DNA of 64,000 nucleotides, taken from contig OZ242383.1 of NCBI GenBank assembly GCA_965209155.1, positions 3,872,001 to 3,936,000 on the forward strand. Reading direction: 5' to 3'. This stretch comes from a bacterium (GTDB lineage Bacteria > SAR324 > NAC60-12). Below the pieces are notes generated by a model. That model saw only the letters and a list, made by a program, of their open reading frames with translations, was not told where the DNA came from and ran no database searches. The translations under genes and the position numbers were made by a program. This document shows, piece by piece, positions 40,602 through 51,269 of this stretch (its first letter is position 1; the number at the start of each line of letters is the position of its first letter).

Positions 40602-42470
40602 TCATCCTTGTTGGTCCAAATGAAATTGGGAAGCATCTTCCATAAAGCGATACACGCGGGGAAGTAATTCCATGGGATTATCCAGTAACCCTTCCACCAA
40701 CAATGCGTTGTTGAATAACTGTTCCACATATTCCTTTAAAAAAGACGATTCTTTGTTTTTTTTCAACAGACGAGCCATATTTTGAATGAGAATATGACTT
40801 GAATTGATTTCTAAATTTTTCTTGGAAATTTCGAAATCTTTGTTGACCGCTTTCATCATTTTTTCCATATGGGAACTCATGTTATCTTTAGGATTAATCA
40901 AGGAACATGGACTGCCTATCAGTCGTTTTGATTCGACCACATCAGCCACTTTGTCTCCCAGCTGTGCTTTTATGAATTCGATAATTGTTTCAGCCTCATC
41001 TTTCGAAAGCGCCTCACTAGTGCTTTTTTTGTCTTCTACATTTATATCCGCCTGAGAAATACTTTTCAGAGATTTTCCCTGGTACTCTCTCAATTCCATC
41101 ATGAGAAAATCGTCGACATGATCATACAAAAAGAGCACTTCCAATCCATTCTCCTTAAAATACTCCAAATTGGGATTATGAAGAATCGCCTCTCGAGACG
41201 GTCCGACAACATAATAAATTTCTTTTTGCTCCTCTCGCATTCGATTTTGTACATCTTGCAGCGAAGTAATATCTTCTGCGGAATCAAAAATCGAAGAATT
41301 GAATCGCAATAATTCCACCAGCTTTTCACGGTTGCTGTAATCCCCACTGACTCCTTCTTTGAGAAAAATTCCAAATTTTTTCCAGAATCGGTTGTATTTA
41401 TCCACATTGGATTCCGCTAAATTCTGCAATTCTTTCAATAGTCTCGACACCAGACTTTTTTTGATTTTTTCCAGTAAGGCATTGCGTTGAATGTTTTCCC
41501 GGGACACGTTCAAGGGCAGATCTTCCGAATCGACCACTCCTCGTACAAATCGTAGAAAAGGTGGCAACAGGTTTTTATTTTCGCTCTGAATGAAAACCCG
41601 TTGCGCATACAAATTGATTCCTATACTTTCACGAGCGTAAATCACTTCATTTCCCACTTCCTCTGGAATGAAAAGCATAGCGTCATACTGAATAGGTGCG
41701 TCGATGGAAAAGTGTTGAGAAAACAACGGGGGCTTGAAATCATGTGTAAGCTGCTTGTAAAATTCATCGTAATCGGATTGTTTAATTTCGCTTTTGGACA
41801 ATGTCCAGAGCGCCTTGACCCGATTGACGGTTTTGTCTTTCAGAACGACGGGGAAAGGGATATAATCGGAGTATTTTTTAATAATGGTCTCCAAACGAAA
41901 TTCACTGCAGAAATCGTGCGCATCGTCTTTGAGGAAAATTTTTATTGAGGTTCCACGATCGGACTTTTCAAGAGGTCTTATTTCGTATTGTCCGCTTCCT
42001 TGAGAACTCCATTGCCAACCGTTTTCCTCTTTCAGGAAGGAGCGAGTTTCCAAGACTACTTTTTTTGCAACCATGAAAACCGAATAAAATCCCACTCCAA
42101 ACTGACCGATCAAATTATTGGCATTGTCTTGATCTTCTTTGAGCGTTTTTAGAAACTGCAAAGTACCAGAACTGGCAATTTTCCCAATATTGTCAATAAT
42201 TTCTGTCTTCGTCATACCAATTCCCGTATCGGTGACAGTCAATGTTTTTTCCTCGTTATCAAAGGAAATTTTTATTTCCAGAGCACAGTTTTTGTCCAAA
42301 ATATCTTCTGTCGTCAAGGCCATGAATTGGATTTTACTCAATGCATCCGAGGCATTGGAAATTAATTCTCTCAGGAATATTTCGCGTTCGGTGTATAAAG
42401 AATGCACGAGAATTTCGAGGAGTTTTTGCATTTCCGCCTGGTATTCATAGACTTCCTTAGTTTCGCTCAT
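40602..42470 (-). CDS. htpG: Hsp90 chaperone HtpG
   Basis: IFLRELISNASDA, DTGIGM, IGQFGVGFYS, DSEDLPLNVSRE. Confidence 0.97.
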   Translation of the reverse strand: MSETKEVYEYQAEMQKLLEILVHSLYTEREIFLRELISNASDALSKIQFMALTTEDILDKNCALEIKISFDNEEKTLTVTDTGIGMTKTEIIDNIGKIASSGTLQFLKTLKEDQDNANNLIGQFGVGFYSVFMVAKKVVLETRSFLKEENGWQWSSQGSGQYEIRPLEKSDRGTSIKIFLKDDAHDFCSEFRLETIIKKYSDYIPFPVVLKDKTVNRVKALWTLSKSEIKQSDYDEFYKQLTHDFKPPLFSQHFSIDAPIQYDAMLFIPEEVGNEVIYARESIGINLYAQRVFIQSENKNLLPPFLRFVRGVVDSEDLPLNVSRENIQRNALLEKIKKSLVSRLLKELQNLAESNVDKYNRFWKKFGIFLKEGVSGDYSNREKLVELLRFNSSIFDSAEDITSLQDVQNRMREEQKEIYYVVGPSREAILHNPNLEYFKENGLEVLFLYDHVDDFLMMELREYQGKSLKSISQADINVEDKKSTSEALSKDEAETIIEFIKAQLGDKVADVVESKRLIGSPCSLINPKDNMSSHMEKMMKAVNKDFEISKKNLEINSSHILIQNMARLLKKNKESSFLKEYVEQLFNNALLVEGLLDNPMELLPRVYRFMEDASQFHLDQQG

Positions 42471-42731
42471 GAGTTCGACTCCTTATTTGAAAGTTGATTA
42501 ATGCTTGCATGAATAAAATGAGATATTTCAATGAAATTTTAAAGATCTTTTTCATTACATTGGCGGACAGGAAACACTCCGGTCTGCAATTTAGTCATGA
42601 CTTTATAGGATGGGGAAAAACTATGGTATAGGGCGACCGACACCCGAACACTGGCAATTGCCGGGGCACTCAATAATAAAGATTTTTCCCAAACAAGGAA
42701 AAGAATTGGATGGAATGTGGAATACAGGAAT

Positions 42732-42998
42732 TCAAGCGATTTTTTTGTTCACGGCATGCATGAGACGTGATTTTTTTCTTGCCGCTGTTCTTGCATGTAA
42801 AACACCTTTCGTCACAGCCTTGTCAATAGTTTTTTGCACCTGACTGTATGCATTTTTTATCTGATCAGATTCACCATTTTCTAACAACTCCAGAAACTTT
42901 CTAATGGTGGAACGTAGATTTGCCCGTAAAGAACGGTTGCGCAGGTTTTGTTTTGCTGTCTGACGAATGCGTTTCAATGCAGATTTATGATGTGCCAT
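42732..42998 (-). CDS. rpsT: 30S ribosomal protein S20
   Basis: MAHHKSALKRIRQ, KGVLH, AARKKSRL. Confidence 0.97.
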   Translation of the reverse strand: MAHHKSALKRIRQTAKQNLRNRSLRANLRSTIRKFLELLENGESDQIKNAYSQVQKTIDKAVTKGVLHARTAARKKSRLMHAVNKKIA

Positions 42999-43006
42999 TT
43001 TCTTTC

Positions 43007-43366
43007 CTATAAGGCATTAATGAAATGTTCAATTTGTGGAGATTGATGGGGAGACAATTGAATAGCAATTACGTCAAAGCGTGGTTGCAACTGGTGCAAG
43101 TGCTTTTTCTGCATATACAACAATCCGAGTTGACGCATTTTCTTGATTTTTTTTGCTGTGATAGAAGCCGTTGGATGTAAGCCCTGGTTTTCACTTCGGG
43201 TTTTCACTTCGCAAAAAATTAAATACTCTCCAGATCGAGCCACGATATCTATTTCTCCCAGTCTGGAATAAAAATTTCTCTCGATGATGACGTAATTCAG
43301 TTTCTCAAGAAAGTCGCACGCGAGATCTTCGCCTTTTTTTCCCGTCTGCCGACGTATCTGCGTCAT
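43007..43366 (-). CDS. yraN: YraN family endonuclease-like protein
   Basis: GEDLA, GEIDIVA, FCEVKTR, RFDVIAI. Confidence 0.92.
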   Translation of the reverse strand: MTQIRRQTGKKGEDLACDFLEKLNYVIIERNFYSRLGEIDIVARSGEYLIFCEVKTRSENQGLHPTASITAKKIKKMRQLGLLYMQKKHLHQLQPRFDVIAIQLSPHQSPQIEHFINAL

Positions 43367-44058
43367 GAAGACTTCGGTCCCAATAATTGAATTTGTTGCA
43401 AAACTTTTCGAGCGGGTGGCGGTTCACTATAGCAGCGAAAGGATCGTCGATGAATGGGACTGAGCCCATGAGTTTCCACTGCCTTTCGATGCTGAAGAGT
43501 AGCATATCCTTTGTGGTGGCTGAATCCCCATGCAGGGTAGATCCGAGCATATTCCATCATTATCCGATCTCTAGTGACTTTAGCCAGGATAGACGCCGCC
43601 GCGATGCTGAATGATATTGTATCTCCTTTAACAACCGGCCTTCCCTGGATGTCAATTGTCGGATATTTGTTTCCATCAGCCAGCACATAATCGGGACAGA
43701 CCTTTAGTTCTTTGAGAACACGTTTCATTCCGAGCAAGGTTGCTTGTAAGATATTCAACTCGTCTATTTTTTGGGGGGAAATCGATATGATGCGAAAAGC
43801 CAATGCTTCTTGACGTATGACATCAAATAAATACTCCCGAATTTCTGAAGACAGTTTTTTAGAATCATTTAAAGGATGCCTGTAGTTCCATTTTTTCCCC
43901 AAAATGACGGCGGCAACCACTACCGGTCCAGCTATCGGACCCCTCCCCGCTTCATCCACGCCAGCAACGTGTCGATGTCCTTGAGCCCAAGCCTTTTTCT
44001 CCAATTCAAGATTTGGGACGGTGTGTGATTTTTTCAGCAATTCTTGCCGCTTTTCCAC
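43363..44058 (-). CDS. rnhB: Ribonuclease HII (start uncertain, may be ~44004)
   Basis: [31 protein letters not shown]. Confidence 0.95.
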   Translation of the reverse strand: MEKRQELLKKSHTVPNLELEKKAWAQGHRHVAGVDEAGRGPIAGPVVVAAVILGKKWNYRHPLNDSKKLSSEIREYLFDVIRQEALAFRIISISPQKIDELNILQATLLGMKRVLKELKVCPDYVLADGNKYPTIDIQGRPVVKGDTISFSIAAASILAKVTRDRIMMEYARIYPAWGFSHHKGYATLQHRKAVETHGLSPIHRRSFRCYSEPPPARKVLQQIQLLGPKSS

Positions 44059-44374
44059 GAAGTTTCCTCAAGTAGTACAATTTGGCACGGCGCACTTTTC
44101 CCACTTTTAAAACCTTGATACTTTCAATTCGAGGAGAATGCAACGGAAAAATGCGTTCGACACCATACCCTTGAGTCACTTTGCGAACTGTAAATGTCGC
44201 GTTATTGTTTTGATCTCCACGATGCTTGCGAATAACAACCCCTTCGAAAGCTTGTACCCGTTCTTTTTCACCTTCGATTATGCGATAATTGACACGCACA
44301 GTACACCCGGGACGAAATTCGGGAAGGTCTGTTCTTATTTGAGATCGTTCCACAATTTTTATTAATGGATTCAT
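44006..44374 (-). CDS. rplS: 50S ribosomal protein L19
   Basis: [36 protein letters not shown]. Confidence 0.98.
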   Translation of the reverse strand: MNPLIKIVERSQIRTDLPEFRPGCTVRVNYRIIEGEKERVQAFEGVVIRKHRGDQNNNATFTVRKVTQGYGVERIFPLHSPRIESIKVLKVGKVRRAKLYYLRKLRGKAARIAEKITHRPKS

Positions 44375-44397
44375 GAGTTGGAGTTCCAATAAGATGT

Positions 44398-45090
44398 TTA
44401 TAATGCTTTCAACAAATCCGGTCGTTGTTTCCTTGTACGCATCAGAGACTGCTCCTTGCGCCAATTTTCAATTTGTTGGTGATTACCGGAGAGCAAGACT
44501 TCCGGCACTCGTTCTTCGTTAAAGACTCCGGGTCTGGTGTATTGGGGATACTCCAATAATCCATGGGTAAACGATTCCTCTCGAGAAGATTCACAATTGC
44601 CTAGTACATCTGGAACCAAACGACTGATCACTTCTATCATCAACATAGCAATGACTTCACCTCCCAAACAGACAAAATCCCCTCCTGAAATTTCTTCATC
44701 TACATAACTTCGAATACGCTCATCGAATCCTTCATATCGACCACAGACCAACAATAACACCCTTCCCATTGTGCTCAATTTGCGAGCCCTTTCTTGGTCG
44801 AAAGGCAGACCTTGAGGAGAAAGAAGAATTTTATATGTCTGAAGTTGTTGCTTTTTATAATACGAGTCGAGAGCCACCAGTGCATGATAAATCGGCTCCA
44901 CTCGAAGCAACATACCAGCCCCCCCCCCAAAGGGGGTATCGTCCACTTTACGATGTTTGCCTAAGCCATGTTGGCGATAATTGTATAAGTTTACTTGTAT
45001 GCGCTCTGCTTGAATCGCGCGATGGATCAGGCTTTCACTCAGAAAAGAAGAAAATATTTCTGGAAATAGCGTCAACACTTCAAACCGCAT
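44398..45090 (-). CDS. trmD: tRNA (guanine37-N1)-methyltransferase
   Basis: [37 protein letters not shown]. Confidence 0.97.
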   Translation of the reverse strand: MRFEVLTLFPEIFSSFLSESLIHRAIQAERIQVNLYNYRQHGLGKHRKVDDTPFGGGAGMLLRVEPIYHALVALDSYYKKQQLQTYKILLSPQGLPFDQERARKLSTMGRVLLLVCGRYEGFDERIRSYVDEEISGGDFVCLGGEVIAMLMIEVISRLVPDVLGNCESSREESFTHGLLEYPQYTRPGVFNEERVPEVLLSGNHQQIENWRKEQSLMRTRKQRPDLLKAL

Positions 45091-45102
45091 GACTATTTCC
45101 TC

Positions 45103-45657
45103 TCAATCCATCAAACCCGGGATTGGATCAATCAGGATGATTTTGTCAACTAAATCCACTTTTTTAACAATATGGGGAACTGCAGGCACCAAAAATTCGT
45201 GAGTTCCCCTGGCAACAGAATAAACATCATTAGCCGCTGTTTGCATCACTCGGGAGACTTCCCCTAAAAAAATACCTGCTGAATCGACTACCCGGCATCC
45301 AACCAAATCATGAATAAAAAATTCACCTGTATCTAAAGGACGCAATTGAGAATCTTCCAGAAAAACCCGATTTTTAGAAAACAATTCCGCCTGTTCTCGA
45401 TGTTTTATTTGGGTGAATTTAGTAAGCCAGTGATTTTTATGGAAGCGGATTTGCTCCACTTCATAAGCTCTCAGCTTCTCCGCTTCTTCCATGAAGAAAC
45501 GTTCAACATCTAAATAAAATTGTGGAGTGTCAGTGTGTGGTTGAATTTTTAGTTCTCCTCGGATTCCGTGTACTTTGACAATCGTACCAATCCATGTAAA
45601 GTCCTCAAAGTCCGAAGTATTCAGCGTCTCATGTTTCTGATATTTCGCTTTGCGCAC
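45103..45657 (-). CDS. rimM: Ribosome maturation factor RimM
   Basis: HGIRGELK, FFIHDLVGC, ANDVY, IDPIPGL; position between rpsP and trmD. Confidence 0.93.
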   Translation of the reverse strand: MRKAKYQKHETLNTSDFEDFTWIGTIVKVHGIRGELKIQPHTDTPQFYLDVERFFMEEAEKLRAYEVEQIRFHKNHWLTKFTQIKHREQAELFSKNRVFLEDSQLRPLDTGEFFIHDLVGCRVVDSAGIFLGEVSRVMQTAANDVYSVARGTHEFLVPAVPHIVKKVDLVDKIILIDPIPGLMD

Positions 45658-45889
45658 CTTCTACTTCTTTCATAAGCTTTTGAACACGCTCGGTCGGCTG
45701 CGCCCCGGTGGAGATCCAGTATCTTGCCCGCTCCAGATCTATTGTCACCTTATTTTCCTGAACCAAGGGTGCATATGACCCGATTCTCTCAATACAACGC
45801 CCGTCCCGTTTAGCACGAGCGTCTGCTATAACAATATGATAAAATGGTTTTTTTTTCGCTCCCCTGCGAGCCAAACGGATTTTTACCAA
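45629..45889 (-). CDS. rpsP: 30S ribosomal protein S16
   Basis: VKIRLARRGAKKKPFYHIV, RDGR, GAQPTERV. Confidence 0.98.
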   Translation of the reverse strand: MVKIRLARRGAKKKPFYHIVIADARAKRDGRCIERIGSYAPLVQENKVTIDLERARYWISTGAQPTERVQKLMKEVEGAQSEISET

Positions 45890-45917
45890 AACATTCTCTT
45901 AATTTTAGGGTTCAAAG

Positions 45918-47258
45918 TTAATGAGGCATCAAATTCTGCATCATTTGCATTGCTTTACGCGGATTGGTAGTTTTAGATAATTTGTTCATCATTTTTCGCA
46001 TTTGAGCAAATTGTTTAAGCAACCGGTTCACATCTCGTACATGGGTTCCACTCCCTTTTGCAATTCTTGAACGACGAGATCCATTGATGATGTTGTGATT
46101 TTCACGCTCTTCTCTCGTCATGGAAGAAATGATCGCCTCAGTATATTCCAACTGTTTTTCATCCAGGTCAGCATTTTTCATCATCGAGCTATTTATTCCT
46201 GGAAGCATTCCCATTAAATCTTTGAGCGACCCCATTTGTCGCATGGAACGTAATTGAGCCCGAAAATCTTCCAATGTGAATTCATTTTTCCTGATTTTTT
46301 TTTGAAGTGTCAATGCCTCATGTTCACTATATGTCGATTGGGCTTTTTCAATGAGAGAAACAACATCTCCCATTCCCAGGATCCTGGAGGCCATTCGATC
46401 GGGGTAAAAAGCTTCTAATTTGTCCAAAGTCTCACCGGTGGTGATGAATTTGATCGGTTTTTTTGTGATCGCCCGAATCGAAAGAGCAGCACCCCCTCGG
46501 GCATCGCCATCCATTTTAGTTAAAATTATACCACTCACCGAAAGTCGGTCGTTGAATGCTTTGGCCATGTTCACTGCGTCTTGTCCTGTCATGGCATCTG
46601 CAACAAAAAAAATTTCATGAGGATCAATCTTCGCTTTCAGTCGATCGAGTTCTTCCATCAGTGTTTCATCGATATGTAACCTTCCTGCCGTATCAATCAA
46701 AACAATATCAGAATCGCGATTTTTTGCATCCGCAATGCCAGCCTGGACAATCTCTGACGGATCTTGCAGGGTAACGGCAGGGTAGTATGGAAGTTCAAGT
46801 CTGTTTGCTAAAACAATCAATTGGTCAATAGCAGCGGGTCGGTAAACGTCTGCTGGAATCAGATAGGGATGGTGTCCGTTGCTATGACAAAATTTTGCAA
46901 GTTTTCCAATCGTAGACGTTTTCCCGGATCCCTGAAGTCCTACCAGCATAATGATTGTAGGAGCTTGCTCAGCGCTCGCCAACGATACATTCCGCTCTCC
47001 CATCAATTTCGCCAACTCATCATTTACGATCTTGATTAGTTGCTGTCCTGGTGTCAAACTAGCTTGGAGTTCTTCTCCAATGGCACGGACTTGGACTGAT
47101 TTTAAAAAAGCTTTCACCACTCGGAAATTGACGTCCGCTTCCAAAAGCGCCATTTTCACTTCATTCAACGCTACTCGGATGTTGTCTTCATTCAACCGAC
47201 CGCGGCCTTGAAATTTCCGGAATGTTCCAGCTAATTTTTGTGACAGGTTTTCAAACAT
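45918..47258 (-). CDS. ffh: Signal recognition particle protein
   Basis: GLQGSGKT, DTAGRL, TKMDGDARGG, RILGMGD, Met-rich M domain. Confidence 0.98.
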   Translation of the reverse strand: MFENLSQKLAGTFRKFQGRGRLNEDNIRVALNEVKMALLEADVNFRVVKAFLKSVQVRAIGEELQASLTPGQQLIKIVNDELAKLMGERNVSLASAEQAPTIIMLVGLQGSGKTSTIGKLAKFCHSNGHHPYLIPADVYRPAAIDQLIVLANRLELPYYPAVTLQDPSEIVQAGIADAKNRDSDIVLIDTAGRLHIDETLMEELDRLKAKIDPHEIFFVADAMTGQDAVNMAKAFNDRLSVSGIILTKMDGDARGGAALSIRAITKKPIKFITTGETLDKLEAFYPDRMASRILGMGDVVSLIEKAQSTYSEHEALTLQKKIRKNEFTLEDFRAQLRSMRQMGSLKDLMGMLPGINSSMMKNADLDEKQLEYTEAIISSMTREERENHNIINGSRRSRIAKGSGTHVRDVNRLLKQFAQMRKMMNKLSKTTNPRKAMQMMQNLMPH

Positions 47259-47287
47259 GATTTGACAGAAATTAAGTAACAAAATTC

Positions 47288-47316
47288 ATTTTGAGGAATT
47301 TTGCGGAAACTGTCAA
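47288..47316 (-). promoter_or_regulatory. Sigma70-like promoter for the ffh operon
   Basis: TTGACA-17 nt-CAAAAT ending 30 nt before the ffh ATG. Confidence 0.55.
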
Positions 47317-47377
47317 GAATTTTTGGGGATTTAATCAGGTGAGTATGTTGCCCGTGCATTCGGAAGGAAAAAGCAGT

Positions 47378-47827
47378 TCAGCTTTCCGTATCGGGCGCAA
47401 TGACCAGGTTCAACCCTACATTCATTTCCTTCAGTCTGGCAATGACGGGAATGAGCGCGCTATACCTGGCATTTTCGTCTGCTTCCACGTCGACAAAGAC
47501 TGGACCATTTTTAGTAGTAGTCCATTCCCGGATTATTTTTTGAAATTTATCCCAATTCGATCCGGAAAGCCCTTCGCCAATCTTTTCATCATTTACGTAA
47601 ATCACTCCTTTGCGATCGATTAAGACCCTCATGGTCTTCTCCAATGGAGCCCCGTCTTGCTGATAAGAATCTTGGGGCAAATCGATCTGTATCATTTGAT
47701 TGATGATCGGAGCTGTAATCATAAAAATGACCAATAATACAAGAAGCACATCGACAAAAGGAGTGACATTGATATCACACATTGCTTCATCTTCACCACG
47801 ATTTCCAGTCATCATGATACTACCCAT
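47378..47827 (-). CDS. tolR: TolR/ExbD family protein
   Basis: DINVTPFVDVLLVLLVIFMITAP. Confidence 0.9.
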   Translation of the reverse strand: MGSIMMTGNRGEDEAMCDINVTPFVDVLLVLLVIFMITAPIINQMIQIDLPQDSYQQDGAPLEKTMRVLIDRKGVIYVNDEKIGEGLSGSNWDKFQKIIREWTTTKNGPVFVDVEADENARYSALIPVIARLKEMNVGLNLVIAPDTES

Positions 47828-48525
47828 TCCATACGATTACTCAGTTCTAAAGAAAAGTTCTGCATTACATCACTGGCCTGACGCGCTGAATTCCTGTAAT
47901 AGTTATATCCCATGAGTGCGGGAATGGCTGCCAACAGGCCGGCAGCGGTCGCCACCAAGGCTTCTGAAATTCCGGGAGCCACAACGGCAAGGCTGGTGAC
48001 CCCGGTAACTCCGATGCCCTGAAAAGCGTCGATAATTCCTAATACTGTCCCAAACAAACCAATAAAGGGTGCTGCGCTAGAGATGCTTGCCAAAGGAGAA
48101 AGCCTGTGGTTGAGCAGGGAATACTGCTGATTGATATTTCGGTCGGAAATGCGAGTCAGTCGTTGGTTCAAACGGTCCAAAATCTCCTTGGAAGAGCGGT
48201 ACTTCGTCCTTTGATTCCTTACTTTTTCCCGAAAATTTGCAATTTCCTGATACGAAGATTCAAAAATACGAGCCAATGGAGAAAACTGAAATTGATGCGC
48301 AAAATTATTAATTTGTTCCAATTTGGCTTCTTTATAGAAAATCTCTAAAAATTCTTCATTTTCACTAGCAATTCGACGAAACTGGACCCATTTGAGGAAA
48401 ATGATGGCCCATGAAATCGAAGACATGAGCAGTAGAATGATCAGCACCAAATGCGTGATCCAACTTCCCTCGAGGATCAGACCAAATATTCCTTTTTCAT
48501 CAAATAAACTGACAATCGATTGCAT
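47812..48525 (-). CDS. tolQ: TolQ/ExbB/MotA family proton channel
   Basis: APFIGLFGTVLGI, VVAPGISEALVATAAGL. Confidence 0.92.
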   Translation of the reverse strand: MQSIVSLFDEKGIFGLILEGSWITHLVLIILLLMSSISWAIIFLKWVQFRRIASENEEFLEIFYKEAKLEQINNFAHQFQFSPLARIFESSYQEIANFREKVRNQRTKYRSSKEILDRLNQRLTRISDRNINQQYSLLNHRLSPLASISSAAPFIGLFGTVLGIIDAFQGIGVTGVTSLAVVAPGISEALVATAAGLLAAIPALMGYNYYRNSARQASDVMQNFSLELSNRMEWVVS

Positions 48526-48611
48526 GCTGGTTTACAGATGATCTTCATTAGTGGAAAGACTTCGCCTAAGGTGTAAACGCATCGGCGAAGTCTCCTCAGT
48601 TCCATACAGGA

Positions 48612-51269
48612 TCAGAAGCGCGTAAAGACGACTCGTCTATTTTTTCCGTGACAATTTTCCTGGACGCAGTCAGACAACGTCGGACGCTCCTCGCCGAAAC
48701 TGACGACTGATAATTGCTCGGAATTGGCGCCTAAGGCAATTAAATAGTCCAACACCGAGTGGCTGCGTCGTTCTCCTAATGCCAGATTGTATTCATTGGT
48801 ACCCCGATTGTCTGCGTGACCTTCCAGTTGAATTTTGATATGCGGATTTTCTTGGATCCATTCGAAATTCGCTTTAATATCTTCTATAAATTGTCTTTGA
48901 ATTCTACTTTTATCGAATTCGAAATAAATGATCCGCAATTCAGGAATAGCTTCTGAGTAGGATTCCGGGTGTGCCTCCACCAATGGTTCTGCCAGTCCTC
49001 CTGGTTGTCGCGTTTCAACCATGGCAACTGCTTCATCTGTTACTTGCGCAGCCTCTTCTACATCACTTTCCAGAATCGAACTTGCAGCAATAGTTTCATC
49101 AACCCCTTTTTCCACTGCTTCGTCAGGTACTAACTCATTAGAAACCATAGCGTCTTTTTCAACAACTCCTTCTTCCATTTCGACTGCTCTCTTTTCTGTG
49201 GAAGCTATGGCTTCTTCATCAGCAATTCCTGCTTCTGACTCGCTTAGACCGGCCTTTTTGGAAGCCAGCATCTCGTCACCTGCTATATCTGATACCTCTG
49301 ATTCGACTTCACCCACTTCCGTCGATGCCAGCATCTCGTCACTAGATACATCTGATACCTCTGATTCGACTTCACCCACTTCCGTCGATGCCAGCATCTC
49401 GTCGCCGGATATATCTGATACCTCTGATTCGACTTCCGTCGATGCCAGCATCTCGTCACCGGATACATCTGATACTTCTGATTCGACTTCCGTCGATGCC
49501 AGCATCTCGTCACCGGATACATCTGATACTTCTGATTCGACTTCACCCACTTCCGTCGATGCCAGCATCTCGTCACCGGATACATCTGATACCTCAGATT
49601 CGACTTCCCCGACTTCCATCGATGTCAGCATCTCGTCACCTGCTATATCTTGTTCTGCCTGCTGCTGATCGACCACGGAAACCGCTTCATCTGTTACTTG
49701 CGCAGCCTCTTCCAGGCCATCTTCAAGCGCTGAACCGGAAGCGAGTGCTTCATCACCAGCCATTCCTTCTTTCGAGTCTGGTGTCTTCCCCTCCATGGCA
49801 ACTAGGGTATCTTTATCAGAGGGGCTACCCAATGCTGCCTCATTTAGACTTTCTGCAATCGATGTCAGTTCTTCTTCGCTAATGGGGATAGCTGGTTTGG
49901 TGCTCTCAGCTCCGATTTCAGTCGAAGCCAACCCACCCTCACTGACGGCAACATCCGTCGTGGATTTCGTCGGACCTTTTTCAGTTGAAGCGAGGGTATC
50001 CTCACTGATGGCAACATCTGGTTTAGAGTCGGCTGCACTAATCTCAGTGGAGGCTAATTCGTCTTTTCCAACCGAAGCATCAAATATGGATTCCTTTGGT
50101 TCCTTTTCAGTGCTCACCAAAGCCTCCTCGCTAGCAGTAATACCCGGCTTGGGAGTCGTTGACTCCATCTCCGTGGAAGCCAGACTATCCTTGCCTGTGA
50201 TTGCCGGAGCAAGTTTTGTTGATTCCTTATCAGTATCTGCACTCGATATGGAAGTCGTCGACTCCATCTCCGTGGAAGCCAATGCTTCTTCACCAACGTC
50301 CACACCCGTCGCGGATTCCGCAGGTCCCACTGCAGTTGAAACCAAAGCATCCTTATCGACCGAAACTCCCACTTCGGACTCGGTTGAATCCATCTCCGTG
50401 GCATCCGGGATATCCTTACCAACCGTTGCGATGGTATCAGAAGACGTTGTCTCCATTGATTCCAACTCAGAGGAAGCTATATCTCCTTCTTCAGTAGCAT
50501 CCGGTATGGTTTTTTTCAATCCCCCTTCCTTGGATGCCAGTGCATCTTCATCTGCGCTAACACCTGGTGTGGAGCCTGTCGACGCACTCTCAACTACAGG
50601 CAAAGAATCCTTATCAGCGACATCCATTGTGGGGACTGCGGGCGTCATGTCCGTAGATGCCAAAGTGTCCACTTCAGCGGCGCCTGGCGCTGAATCTTTT
50701 AACCCGCTTTCCCGGGACGTCAGAGCATCTTCATCTGCAGTAACACTATCTGTAGATTCCATTGCGCCTACGTCAGTGGAAGCCAAAACATCCTCTTCAC
50801 CAGCACCCGTGGTAGTGTCCATCGTCTCTACGTCCTCAGAAACCAAAGAATCCTCATCCGGGGCAACCCCTGAGGCGGAATCCATGGCTTCCCCATCAGT
50901 TGAAGCTATAACATCCTCGTCTGCAGGATCTTTCGAGCTGTCTGCCCTTATCATCTGAGTGGCCGCCAGTGCGTCTTTCGGGGTAGCAGTGGATGCTTGC
51001 GTACCGTCGGTTACCGACGGTTCCTTGGTCGCCAGGTCGACTTCACTCGAATCCATTGCTTCAGCGGACACACTCTCTTCTGTTTCTGCTAACGCGGGAT
51101 CTTCTGTAACTTCTACTTCCATGCCGGTCAGTTCGGTAGACTCGGTCTGGGTTTGATCTACAATTACAGTTTCTTGTTCTTTTTTTGGAGAATTTACATC
51201 CGTCATTGTGTCACACCCCATCATTGATAATGAGAGTGCCAACATCCAAAATGATAGCTTAATTTTCAT
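48612..51269 (-). CDS. Giant Pal/OmpA-like lipoprotein with a ~750-aa acidic repetitive linker
   Basis: Lipobox-like SMMGC19; C-terminal IYFEFDKS, EGHADNRGTNEYNLALGERRS, VSFGEERP, NRR; next to tolQR. Confidence 0.85.
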   Translation of the reverse strand: MKIKLSFWMLALSLSMMGCDTMTDVNSPKKEQETVIVDQTQTESTELTGMEVEVTEDPALAETEESVSAEAMDSSEVDLATKEPSVTDGTQASTATPKDALAATQMIRADSSKDPADEDVIASTDGEAMDSASGVAPDEDSLVSEDVETMDTTTGAGEEDVLASTDVGAMESTDSVTADEDALTSRESGLKDSAPGAAEVDTLASTDMTPAVPTMDVADKDSLPVVESASTGSTPGVSADEDALASKEGGLKKTIPDATEEGDIASSELESMETTSSDTIATVGKDIPDATEMDSTESEVGVSVDKDALVSTAVGPAESATGVDVGEEALASTEMESTTSISSADTDKESTKLAPAITGKDSLASTEMESTTPKPGITASEEALVSTEKEPKESIFDASVGKDELASTEISAADSKPDVAISEDTLASTEKGPTKSTTDVAVSEGGLASTEIGAESTKPAIPISEEELTSIAESLNEAALGSPSDKDTLVAMEGKTPDSKEGMAGDEALASGSALEDGLEEAAQVTDEAVSVVDQQQAEQDIAGDEMLTSMEVGEVESEVSDVSGDEMLASTEVGEVESEVSDVSGDEMLASTEVESEVSDVSGDEMLASTEVESEVSDISGDEMLASTEVGEVESEVSDVSSDEMLASTEVGEVESEVSDIAGDEMLASKKAGLSESEAGIADEEAIASTEKRAVEMEEGVVEKDAMVSNELVPDEAVEKGVDETIAASSILESDVEEAAQVTDEAVAMVETRQPGGLAEPLVEAHPESYSEAIPELRIIYFEFDKSRIQRQFIEDIKANFEWIQENPHIKIQLEGHADNRGTNEYNLALGERRSHSVLDYLIALGANSEQLSVVSFGEERPTLSDCVQENCHGKNRRVVFTRF
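49261..49650 (-). repeat. Coding tandem repeat with 63-bp and 54-bp units
   Basis: Six full units plus one partial of D(V/I)(S/A)GDEMLASTEV(GEV)ESEVS. Confidence 0.9.

Noticed and set aside
42640..42680. CIRCE element upstream of htpG
   Set aside because: Only a GCACTC half-site; no inverted partner at 9-nt spacing
49261..49650. Tandem repeats as a CRISPR array
   Set aside because: No unique spacers, unit lengths are multiples of three and lie inside a coding frame; no cas genes
49021..50958. Long Ser-rich plus-strand ORFs (215 and 387 aa)
   Set aside because: Antisense shadows of the low-complexity Pal-like linker
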